Source: Macrostomum lignano
Lineage: Eukaryota
Direction of reading: 5' to 3'
Length of the DNA stretch: 64,000 nt
Assembly (NCBI GenBank): GCA_002269645.1
Contig: NIVC01000939.1
Span: 1 to 64,000, forward strand
Program-made: the position numbers and the translations under genes
Shown here: one piece after another, positions 34,801 to 44,700 of the stretch
Position numbering within the stretch: position 1 is the stretch's first letter
How the letters are laid out: each line of letters opens with the position of its first letter
Notes under the pieces: generated by a model
What the model was told of the DNA's origin: nothing
Database searches by the model: none
What the model saw: the letters and a program-made list of their open reading frames with translations, nothing else

Positions 34801-35333
34801 TACTCCAGTATGAACACAGGGTCTGTCTCCTATCAAAGGCATTAAAACTTCTGTGCTGAAAAAATGAAAACCTTCATTCTTCGCATTGTATTTCTTCGGT
34901 AAAACCTGTCTCCTAAAAATTTTCCAAGAAACGTACTTTCCTGTCCTACTTGAGAAGTCCTTGATAGGTTTATGCCTACAACAGTAATCCATAGCTTAAT
35001 CCTGAGCTCAAGTCACTGCTTTGGAAAGATTTGCGACTGAGAATGGCTTCTTTCGCATCTTGTTTACTCAAAAAGCGTTCTTCCACAATAAAATTATTTT
35101 TCCTGTAGGCCAGATGTGCCGGCTGCCGCCCTTCGTGCTCGGAGCCTCACTTATGGACTTCAACTTGCTTCAGCCGGCGCTGAAGTACCGCGAGCACGAT
35201 GTGATCCGATACTTGGCGGAGTACGGCCGCCTGTTTGCCGACATCAACAGCACGGAGGCCTACTCAAAGTGTGTCTCTACGGAGGATGAGCTCAACGGCT
35301 ACTGGACTCCCGTGCCGGCCACGTTCATTGCTT
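11632..35333 (+). CDS. Paralog 1: multi-exon mosaic CTL-like/WSC/discoidin-like/Sushi protein gene, 26 internal exons (~2010 aa); 5' exons outside window, 3' end unresolved
   Basis: AG/GT-bounded, frame-consistent exons: 11632-12581, 12644-12943, 13899-14012, 15592-15771, 15851-16441, 16520-16642, 17159-17581, 17717-17986, 18476-18605, 18692-18780, 21056-21141, 21273-21426, 21625-21792, 22552-22773, 23545-23595, 23672-23821, 24645-24689, 24781-24918, 25973-26197, 26366-26584, 26773-26991, 27556-27813, 28085-28303, 28393-28608, 29020-29286, 35109-35333. The first 25 have recognisable counterparts in paralog 2. Confidence 0.85.
13127..13795. repeat. 47-bp minisatellite (~14 copies), intronic
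   Basis: Unit TAGATGTATTTCAAATGTATGTTACAC(T/C)GTTACAGGGTGTTCGACCT, no spacers. Confidence 0.95.
14050..14760 (-). mobile_element. Degenerate non-LTR retrotransposon fragment (RTE-like endonuclease-RT linker)
   Basis: RKPRISQ resembles the KPWIS linker motif, with eroded upstream endonuclease-like residues; contains stops and frameshifts. Confidence 0.3.
15851..16441 (+). CDS. Paralog 1 exon: CTL-like C-terminal half plus WSC domain
   Basis: WWLGFTD..W.NG..YVCE, then GC...[18 protein letters not shown]....CSC...[14 protein letters not shown]. Confidence 0.85.
16652..17122. repeat. 16-bp minisatellite (GAATGCAGTTCAGTTA)n filling an intron
   Basis: Directly visible. Confidence 0.95.
18015..18468. 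repeat. (ACTT)n microsatellite filling an intron
   Basis: Directly visible; source of the spurious LTYL ORFs. Confidence 0.95.
18936..19852 (-). mobile_element. Tc1/mariner deletion derivative, 917 bp
   Basis: TIRs CAGGGTGTTAGAGCCAAATT / AATTTGGCTCTGACACCCTG flanked by TA; transposase remnant [16 protein letters not shown]...FQQ(G)SAPVH and [15 protein letters not shown]. Confidence 0.85.
20026..20965 (-). mobile_element. 5'-truncated non-LTR retrotransposon with RNase H and Cys/His finger, degenerate
   Basis: FTDGS...E...SDSQAA...[21 protein letters not shown]; [18 protein letters not shown]; one stop and a frameshift; short CAAGCTAAGT tail repeat after the stop. Confidence 0.85.
21942..22207 (+). 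mobile_element. tRNA-derived CORE-type SINE, copy 1
   Basis: A box TAGCCTAGTGG, B-box-like GATTCGATTC, core TGTCCTTGAG.AAGA...CACCCAGCTGTAAAATGGG. Confidence 0.8.
22900..23412. repeat. 10-bp minisatellite (CATGAGTAAG)n
   Basis: Directly visible. Confidence 0.95.
23898..24597. repeat. 22-bp minisatellite (TTTGGTACTGTACATTCGGACC)n
   Basis: Directly visible, about 31 copies. Confidence 0.95.
25171..25811. mobile_element. Foldback/MITE-like element with a 15-bp array (GCGGGAAGACCTCTC)n in the right arm and a (CTAGA)-like core
   Basis: 25211-25242 is the reverse complement of 25412-25443 (1 mismatch); outer GAGAATTTC / GAAATTCTC; ends GGGC...GCCC. Confidence 0.7.
27205..27445. repeat. CT-rich low-complexity tract
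   Basis: Directly visible. Confidence 0.85.
28650..28900 (+). mobile_element. CORE-type SINE copy 2 (3' shortened) with (TTA)n tail
   Basis: Same A box, B box and core as the other copies. Confidence 0.8.
30068..30848. repeat. 46-bp minisatellite (~17 copies)
   Basis: Unit GACGCTTCATTTATGGCTCACATGAAACTTCGTTAATGGTTGACAT. Confidence 0.95.
31495..32070. repeat. 29-bp minisatellite (~19 copies)
   Basis: Unit GGAGATTGCTGAGATGTCAAGTCTCATGA. Confidence 0.95.
33001..34469 (+). repeat. G-rich satellite made of the SINE 5' end, (G3-8 TTGTAGCCTAGT)n
   Basis: The unit equals the first ~17-20 nt of the SINE, and the array runs directly into SINE copy 3. Confidence 0.95.
34470..34770 (+). mobile_element. 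CORE-type SINE copy 3 (full length)
   Basis: A box, B box GGTTTGATTCC, core, 3' GGCAGGTGTAATAAAAAA. Confidence 0.85.
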
Positions 35334-35344
35334 GTAAGTGCGGC

Positions 35345-35349
35345 CTGTG

Positions 35350-35380
<31 letters not shown>

Positions 35381-35389
35381 GTGTCTGTG

Positions 35390-35422
<33 letters not shown>
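35345..35422. repeat. (GTCT)n microsatellite
   Basis: Directly visible. Confidence 0.9.
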
Positions 35423-36149
35423 GCATTTCTCGATTTTAAAAGTGCGAATCGCAGATGAACTCCAAAAGACCGCAAAAGACCAAGGGCTCATGAAACGAAC
35501 TGATTAAAGTTGCAACACGAATCAAGTTAAGCGTGGATTCTATCGAAGAGGGAATTTTTCAACACGTGAGTTTCCTTCTATTTACTAAACTAGATTTGGA
35601 CTTTAAGCAGCTTGCATTGCCAACATTTTAACGTATGAACTAGAAGGATTTGCCTGAGCAAAGCGGATCGGTCCTGCAGGTAAGCTAACAGGTGCGGATA
35701 TTAAAAATTACATCCTTGCAATTTACTCACTTTATGAGCGTAGGATAGTGAAAAACATTATTCATTTGGAACTTCAATTGAGTCTGTTTTTGCATTGTGC
35801 GCATTTTTGCTTTCTTTTTGACACTTCCGCTGCAATTACTGTGCAATCATTTCCTTCAGCTTGAATGTAATTCCCGACTTTTATATTTTTGCTATTTTTT
35901 ATAATGCAGTTCGATTCGAGTAGCTGCCAATTGCTGTGCTGCTCATTTATTATCCAATCTGAAATACACTACTCTGGTGATGACGAAAATGTTTTGGTTG
36001 ATGGCTTTGTCAAAATTCATTTTACAGATGGAGGAGCCGTGGCGATTCAATGTTCATCTGAATCAGCAATTGTGGTTTTCATTCCGGCATTGCGAGACGC
36101 AAAATTTATTTTAAAATTATAAGACCCAGAGACTTTTACACTTTTAGAC

Positions 36150-37820
36150 TTTCATCCAATTTCCAAAGTCCCAGAAATCCAATCCCCAAAGTTCCAGAAA
36201 TCCAATCTCCAAAGTCCCAATCTCTGAAGTCCCAGAAATCCAATCCCTAAAGTCCCCAATCCAATCTCCAGAGTCCCAATCTCCAAAGTCCCCAAATCCA
36301 ATCTCCAGAGTCCCAATCTTCAAAGTCCCAATATCCAAAGTCCCAATCTCCAAAGTCCCCAAATCCAATCTCCAGAGTCCCAATCTCCAAAGTTCCCAAA
36401 TCCAATCTCCAGAGTCCCAATCTCCAAAGTCCCCAAATCCAATCTCCAGAGTCTCAATCTCCAAAGTCCCCAAATCCAATCTCCAGAGTCCCAATCTCCA
36501 AAGTTCCCAAATCCAATCTCCAGAGTCCCAATCTCCAAAGTCCCCAAATCCAATCTCCAGAGTCTCAATCTCCAAAGTCCCCAAATCCAATCTCCAGAGT
36601 CCCAATCTCCAAAGTCCCCAAATCCAATCTCCAGAGTCCCAATCTTCAAAGTCCCCGGATCCAATCTCCGAAGCCCTAAATCTCCAGTCCCCGAATCCAA
36701 TCTTCAAAGTCCCAATATCCAAAGTCCCAATCTCCAAAGTCCTCAAATCCAATCTCCAAAGTCCCCGAGTCTAATCTCCAAAGTCCCAATCTCTAAAGTC
36801 CCCAAACCCAATCTCCAAAGTCCCCAAATCCAATCTCTAAAGTCCCCAAACCCAATCTCCAAAGTCCCCAAATCCAATCTCTAAAGTCCCCAAACCCAAT
36901 CTCCAAAGTCCCCAAATCCAATCTCCAGAGTCCCAATCTCCAAAGTCCCAATATCCAAAGTCCCAATCTCCAAAGTCCCAATCTCCAAAGTCCCAATCTC
37001 CAAAGTCCCAATCTCCAAAGTCCCAATCTCCAAAGTCCCAATCTCCAAAGTCCCAATCTCCAAAGTCCCCAAACCCAATCTCCAAAGTCCCCAAATCCAA
37101 TCTCCAAAGTCTCCGAGTCTAATCTCCAAAGTCCCAATCTCCAAAGTCCCCAAATCCAATCTCCAAAGTCCCAATCTCCAAAGTCCCCAAACCCAATCTC
37201 CAAAGTCCCCAAATCCAATCTTTAGAGTCCCAATCTCCAAAGTCCCCAAATCCAATCTCCAGAGTCCCAATCTCCAAAGTCCCCAAATCCAATCTCCAGA
37301 GTCCCAATCTCCAAAGTCCCCAAATCCAATCTCCAGAGTCCCAATCTTCAAAGTCCCCGGATCCAATCTCCAAAGCCCCAAATCTCCAGTCCCCGAATCC
37401 AATCTCCAAAGTCCCCGAATCTAATCTCCAAAGTCCCAATATCCAAAGTCCCAATCTCCAAAGTCCCCAAATCCAATCTCCAAAGTCCCCAAATCCAATC
37501 TCCAAACTCCCCAAATCCAATCTCCAAAGTCCCCAAATCCAATCTCCAAAGTCCCAATCTCCAAAGTCCCCAAACCCAATCTCCAAAGTCCCCAAATCCA
37601 ATCTCCAAAGTCCCAATCTCCAAATTCCCAATCTCCAAAGTTCCCAAATCCAATCTCCAAAGTCCCCGAGTCTAATCTCCAAAGTCCCAATCTCCAAAGT
37701 CCCCAAATCCAATCTCCAAAGTCCCAATCTCCAAATTCCCAATCTCCAAAGTTCCCAAATCCAATCTCCAAAGTCCCCGAGTCTAATCTCCAAAGTCCCA
37801 ATATCCAAAGTCCCAATCTC
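36150..37820. repeat. 1.7-kb satellite of 15/22-bp units (CCAATCTCCAAAGTC[CCCAAAT])
   Basis: Directly visible; source of the spurious GDFGDW ORFs. Confidence 0.95.
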
Positions 37821-38554
37821 GCATGAGGCTGCTCAAGCCTAAGTTGGCGAATTTCGATACTTCAATTAAATGCTTTGAAATGCCAAGCAAGTGAGAAGTG
37901 GTAGCTGGTGCATCCAGAATAGCACCAGTGCAGATGGCAGATGGTCTGCCTCTGCAGAAAATTCGTGTCACCAAACAGTGCGGTCACATCAATCCCTGTA
38001 GAGCCGGCTGCTCTAGTCACAGAGGCACAGAATCTGATGGCATTTAGCAAGAGTACTGTGGAGTCGTTATCTTCTCAAAGTACATGTAGCTCTGCATAAG
38101 GTGAAGGAGGTTCATAAACTTGATAAAGTCTCGCATCACTGGGCGAACAAAAGGACCAACATCTTGACTGGTTGAAGCATGAAATTCGAAATCCTAAGCG
38201 TCTGGAATCACTCAAAATGCCGGAATCCCATCCAGGTGAGGCATTGGACGAGAGTTTCTGGACCCTGCTTAAATGCAGCTCTCTCAAGCGGGAGTTCGGG
38301 ATCCAATCGTACAGCTATCACCTCTCTGAGCCAGTTTCACCTTTCATCAGTACGAGCTGTAGTCATTCATCGCACCTGCCTTTGTTCTGCCGCGATGCCC
38401 TTTGTAAACAAGGCCTTTCTGAAGAGCCGGCGTGGCGTCTCTTAATACAGCCCTCGCTTACGATTGTTTGCTCACCATTCGCAACAGCTGCTGTATGAGA
38501 GCCGTAGAGTTTTCTGCCCAACAGGACGTTTCCCAAGCCAGCTGCCAGGCGCTC

Positions 38555-38595
38555 GCTGATTGGCTGACGCACTCTCTCTTTCCATGAGTATAAAG
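38555..38595 (+). promoter_or_regulatory. Candidate core promoter of paralog 2: inverted CCAAT box plus TATA box
   Basis: CTGATTGGCTG (reverse CAGCCAATCAG, NF-Y consensus) at 38556-38566; TATAAAG at 38589-38595; ATG in ACCGCCATG context at 38696. Confidence 0.6.
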
Positions 38596-38695
38596 ACGTC
38601 AGCGACGCCTTCTGAGGCCGGATTACCGCCAATTCTTCGATTTCCAGTTTCTGTAAAACTAACAGACATTGAGCACTAATCCGGTGAAAACCGCC

Positions 38696-38774
38696 ATGAC
38701 TGACTCCAGTCAGCTCAGCAGGCTGGCATCCGTGCTTCTCATCTTGATGGCCTCCTCGGCTCTAGCTAGCGAAG
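38696..38774 (+). CDS. Paralog 2 first coding exon: signal peptide
   Basis: MTDSSQLSRLASVLLILMASSALA-SE followed by a phase-1 GTAAAC donor. Confidence 0.75.
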
Positions 38775-41700
38775 GTAAACACTGCTAAGCCCGTATCAAA
38801 CTGAGATGTGTATATTTGACTAGCCATTTAAAACGTATAGGCACAAGTGTATTCTCATAGATCTTAAATCCATCAACTCGTGAATGGGCGTTACCTTTCG
38901 ATATGACGCAGTAGCTGGGATACAGGTGGGGTTGTAACGCTATGTTCGAATCCTTGACTTGGGACTATAGAGTATTTCGTGCTAAATGACTGGAACGATA
39001 AATTGAGGCACGTTTTCATAGCAGTGCCTTTGGGTCAGCTGGAAGACATTCTTATTATCTTACATGTGGTTCCTCGTCGGCTGTCGCCAGAAGGTGCTGC
39101 AGTGCCCGCAGACTTCAAACAGTTCCTTGAGTGTCGCTCGGCCTCTCTAATAGCAATTCCAATCTTTCAGAAATCTGGTGCGCCAACATCAGCATCGACT
39201 CATCCAAGCACTTGGCCTTCTTGGCCAAGCACATTGAGATTCTTATGCGGCAGTTTGTCCTAAAATATCAATTCAGATTTTGCTAAATTTTCTGAAGGAA
39301 AACTGCCCAAGCCTGTCATATTTTCTCACGAAACAGCTTGAAAGATTTGTCTCTTTGCTTGTCAGACGTGCAGAAAAGGTTTGATTTTGGCGCAGCAGCC
39401 TGTTTGCCTTGCATTCGCTGAAAAGTTGGCTCACATAGCGTGCAAAAACCAACACTACGCATCGCAAGCCTCATTCATTTCTGTGGACATTGCACAAACA
39501 CGGGCCACAGCTTACTGCCTGATTCACGCAATATCCAATTTTCTTACACGCAATTTCCAATTCGCAATATGCAGTTTTGACTTATCTCTTAAGCAAAAAA
39601 GGACCACTAAAAGTAAAGCGCTGGAGAATGGTCCCTGCTTGAGCTGTATTGGAAAACCCCAGCTATTTGCATTCTTTGACAGTGCTAGTGCTAAGCATAG
39701 GCCCTTAAAATTCAATGGTATTTTTCTGGCGGCATCTGCATAGTGTTCTCATCGCAAACCCGAGGAGTATCGGCGAGCATTGGTGTGCAGCTCTGTTGCT
39801 AGCGACCGTCTGTTTTGAGAAGTTTTGAAGCTGTTTGAGAAAAAAACTCTACTCATCTTGAGACTTTCCGATTCAGCGGCTGAAGAAAAGCTGGTTTTTC
39901 TTCTATCGATTGCTTCTTTTCCCTGAGGAAATTCAACAGAAGGATTAGCTTGATCGGTTTGCTATTTACTGTTGACAGCGTCAAGGAAAAGGAAAAGAAA
40001 CAGCATTCTTAATATGGAGAGGCTGGGCCAGTGGATTCCGTCACCTGCACGCAGTCTTGCGTTGCATGGAAAGAAATTTCTCAGCAGAGTTTGACGCTGC
40101 GAGGCGATGCAAAACACCTGCGGCATTGAAGATAAAATTTCTGAAAATTCGATCAAAACTGCTTGGCAGTGCAAGCGGAATTTTGGAACACTTTTTTCAT
40201 TTCGCAATAAAAAGTACAACTTCGGCAAATAATCGTAGGACTGAAATGTTTTTGCGTCGAAGCCAACACAACTCGTTGCAACGACGTTGTTTCGCACTGC
40301 AACTGATGGTAACAACAGAAGCAGTGCCAGTTAATTGCGGGGCCAATCGCTTAGTTATCTTACTTTTTCAACTCTTGTGTCTGTATTTAAAATTTTAATA
40401 AGTGGCTCAAAAGCAACTGAAGGCACATACTTTTCAAATCTTCCAGTGGCTCCGTGCGCCAAGTTTGTTGTGGATCCAGCTCATCACCTCGTCTACGTGA
40501 GCAGCCCCGACGGATCGCTCAACGCTTCCGGCAGCCAGGTGAACGTCACCTGCCGCTCAGGTGTGGGCGCCTACTTCGCCAATAGCAATGAGCCCAACTG
40601 GCTGCAGCTGGACTGCCGCAACGGCAGCTGGATGCAGACCTTCTTCATCGCCAACGACACCCGGCCAGAAAGGCGGTTTTCCGCTGTTGATCTTGGCGAC
40701 GCTGCGCCCACTCTGCCCAGCTGCATTGGTGAGCGCTTGTTACAGGTTGCTAATATCTTGGAGTCACTTGAACTATAAATGTTGTATTCACAAGTCTCTA
40801 TAGCTACCTTTTACTCAGGAAGATAGTCTAACGCTCCTAAGCAGTTACTCTGGGCCAGTGACGCTCCTAAGCAGTGACTCATGGCCAGTGACGCTCCTAA
40901 GTAGTGATGACTATGGGCCAGTGACGCTCCTAAGTAGTGATGACTATGGGCCAGTGACGCTCCTAAGTAATGACTCTGGGCCAGTGACGCTCCTAAGTAG
41001 TGATGACTCTGGGCCAGTGACGCTCCTAAGTGATGACTCTGGGCCAGTGACGCTCCTAAGTAGTGATGACTCTGGGCCAGTGACGCTCCTAAGTAGTGAT
41101 GACTCTGGGCCAGTGACGCTCCTAAGTAGTGGTGACTCTGGGCCAGTGACGCTCCTAAGTAGTGGTGACTCTGGGCCAGTGACGCTCCTAAGTAGTGGTG
41201 ACTCTGGGCCAGTGACGCTCCTAAGTAGTGGTGACTCTGGGCCAGTGACGCTCCTAAGTAGTGGTGACTCTGGGCCAGTGACGCTCCTAAGTAGTGGTGA
41301 CTCTGGGCCAGTGACGCTCCTAAGTAGTGGTGACTCTGGGCCAGTGACGCTCCTAAGTAGTGGTGACTCTGGGCCAGTGACGCTCCTAAGTAGTGGTGAC
41401 TCTGGACCAGCGACGTGGCTCCAGAATTAGAGACGCTGGAACGCGGACACTCCATAATTAGGGTGAAGAAACATCGGGAACGGACGCGTTGCTATATTAG
41501 CTATATGTTGTATTTTCTGCTTCCGTCCGTGCGGACCGCAGACGGGGTTCGGGTACGGGACTGCCAAAGCTTGCCGGGTGGGATAGGCGAGAGAGTGGCG
41601 AAACCCGAGGCGTACGGACACTTCGAGGTGGAGGTGGAGAGGCTGGGAGCGTACAGACACTCGGCCAGCCCCACGGAGAGAGGGAGATGCAGATGAGGAG

Positions 41701-44700
41701 GCTGTGAGCAGGTAGCCACTCAGCAGCAAAAGCAGAGGTGAGCACGGGTCTGGAGGTGTACAGACACTTCGCAGACCCGAAGGAAGACGGTGGTGAGAGA
41801 GGTGAATAATGGAGACGGGACAAATTAACGAATGCGAACGCTGTCTTACCGTGCGGGTCACTTGTCGCGCTCATGCAGGCGTGGCCTCTAATATTTCGGC
41901 TTGAGTTGACTGTATTTCAAGTTCAGTCTTCACTTTCACCCAAGCACGTGTAGAGCTAGAGTGGTAGAGAGAGAGCAGGGAGGGCGAGGGCCGGGCGAGG
42001 GCCGCGCGCGCACATAAATACTGGGTGAGCACTGAGCAGGGAACTGGGGTGGGCTTAGCCACGCAGGGCTGGGGGTGGGGGCAAAACTCACAGAGTTGAA
42101 GGGCGAGAGGGAGGGCTAGCCAATCAGGTGCCTCCGCGGCGAGACACATGATTGGACTAGCCCACGCGAGAGAGAGAGAGATGAAAATACGCCAGCCAAT
42201 GAAAATGTGGGCTGATGAAAATGAGAACAAAAATGAAAAGCAGCTTTAGACGGAGGGGACAAGCCAGAAAAACCAGTGGCAGGGAGAGGAGGGGCGGAGA
42301 GCGCAGGGGTTGGGGCAAGGGCATTGCGAGGCGCAGCTCACAACATATACACCACTATTCTGTTTCAGTTCACATGTGCGACGCACCTATCGCAGATCAT
42401 TCGCTAATCAAAAACACCATCAGTCTGGGTGTTCTCGGCCACAATGTCTCATACGGCGCCAGCCTGCAGTACCAGTGCCCGCATCTATACGGCCGCAAGT
42501 TATCTGATTCCGGCAGTTTGGTGAACATCGCCCAAATGGTCTGCGGCTTCAATGGCTGGTCGGTGGTGCTGAGTGCTCAGCCAGCGCATGGCCGTGCCGC
42601 TAATGAGGTCAACCTGGGACTCGTGATCCAGCCAAACATCAGCGCGTGTGAAGGTTCGCATTGCTTATTGTTCTCTTGGCCTGGTTTGCAACAATATGCA
42701 CAATCAGGGAGTTTTCCAAACCAGAAAAAATTGCTGAGTTCAAGTCTTATTAAAACGTCTGCTTTTATTTCTAGTAAGGGTTGCAGCCTAGTGGTTAGAG
42801 CGTCGGACTCACGACTTGAAGGTCGGGGGTTCGATTCCAGATCCCACTGGAACAATTTGGGTCCTTGAGCAAGACACTTAACTCTGCATTGCTTCAATTC
42901 AACCAGCTGTAAAATGGGTGCCAGCATTAGCTGGGATAACTGAGGGTGTGTGTGGCGATGCCCCCCCCCCCAGTCATTGGACTGAACAGCCGTACGCAGC
43001 CTTCAGATGTGCTGCGCAATAGCTGCGTCTGAGCTGTCGGTTGCACATCTGCCCATTAGGGGAGGTGTAATAAAAATTATTATTATATTATTATCATTTC
43101 GTAAGCCAACAAAATTAAAAAAACAGTCAAGGCACCCGATTTAGTAATAGTAGCAGTAATATGCTCTTTCAAACACATTTGTCAATAAATTTCGATATAA
43201 AATGAATTCATACTGTCAAAAGTTGACCACTCAGACAATCACAATGAGTTCCTCTTGCACCGATTGCAGCGATAGCCTGCGCTCAGCAGCCAGTCCTAAG
43301 TGATCCCACGCACAACGTGAGCACGCTGACACTCGGCGTGGACGCGAGTAAAAACAATTCTTTTGACAGAAAGATATGCGTGGCCTGCGCCAACAAGTCA
43401 CTGGAATTTTACCAGCCCTACCATCAGAGCTCCAACACGGCCATCCTGAGATGCAATATCAGTTCCGACTGGCGGCCTATCTGGCAGCTGGAGTACATTT
43501 TTAATGAAAAAGCCTCAAAACATATTTTCGGCCCCGATTTGATCAGCTTTCATGAATCCGACACCGTGTCGTTGCCTCCTTGCGTCGGTGAGTTTCTTGC
43601 TGTGGTCGCTTCCAACTAACCTCGCGATCTGTTATGGAGTATAGCAGTATGAACACCATCAGGTATTTTTAATTGATCCAAGGGACCATGTTTCTCTCCG
43701 CGCACAAGCGCACTACAGCAGGGGAATGCGACATCCCCACTTGGGGATAATAGGGGAGTTAAAGGGAATTGGTATGCTTGGATTGACTGCACGGATTGTC
43801 ACAGGTACAGAGAATACAGGGGCTGTTGGGTGGGAAATGGCAGGGAGGCGGCTGTGCCGCGCTCGACTCAAAGGTCAGATCTTCCAAAAAAATTGAATGG
43901 GGCTCTCTGTGGCAATACAGTGGCTCGCAATGGTAGGGAATGGCAGGGAATGGCAGGGAATGGCAAGGAATGGCAGGGGAGTGGCAGGGAATGGCAGTGA
44001 ATGGAATGGAATGACAGGATAGGAATGGCAAGGAATGGCAGGGGAATGGCAGGGAATGGCAGGGAATGGCAAGAAAAGGTAGGGAAGGAATGGCAGCGGA
44101 GTGGCAGGGAATGGCAGGGAATGGAATGGCATGCATCATTACTCCAGTAGCCGCAATGAGCTATTCCTCAATGAATAACGTTGGTTCCCATTGTAGCCAA
44201 AAGCTTTCGAGAGGGGCTTCATTGTAAGCCAGATTGCTTAAATGAGCTGCCAAGTGCCAAAGAGCAACTGCGCTAAAAGTAGAAAAGTCTGTCTTAAACT
44301 TTTCTGCCATTTTCCCGCACCGCCGCATCCCCAGAGCGCATCTGCTGGCTCGGCTACAGAACTCCGGGCTCTCAGTCGCAGCAGATCTCTGCTCCAATGA
44401 GCTCAGGGATGCGGGAAGTTGTCAACAACTACAGAATTCGTTTTCGCTGTATGAGCGGCTACAAGGGCTACAGGTTCAACTTGGAGATTGAAAATGTCTG
44501 TGAGATAAATAGAGACAATGTTACCGGGTAAGAATTTAATAAACTAACAAGCTGTTAGAGCCCAATGACTAACTAAGCGGGCAATTCAAACATAGACATG
44601 CACTCTACGAAATTAAGAAGCATTCTATAATACCCTAGAAGGGGAATACGGACTCACCTACATGTGAATCTACTTTTGGCCCATAGACTGTGACAGTTTG

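Noticed and set aside
35909-36122. Terminal exon of paralog 1 (GGAVAIQCSSES...)
   Set aside because: Only a faint resemblance to B-type modules, missing the conserved Trp and Cys residues; cannot be supported.
37880-37990. Plus-strand Sushi-like exon (C..STSADGRWSASAENSC)
   Set aside because: No credible acceptor or donor and an upstream stop; the region looks more like a decayed minus-strand coding remnant that I could not identify.
38655-38667. Spliced-leader trans-splice acceptor (CTAACAG) before the paralog 2 ATG
   Set aside because: Plausible but untestable from DNA; the TATA box ~65 nt upstream explains the 5' end without it.
39000-40300. Transposase remnants in intron 1 of paralog 2
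   Set aside because: Coding-like but no diagnostic motif could be recognised.
41428-42350. hAT-like MITE beginning TAGAG with CCAAT-rich interior
   Set aside because: No matching TIR pair or TSD found.
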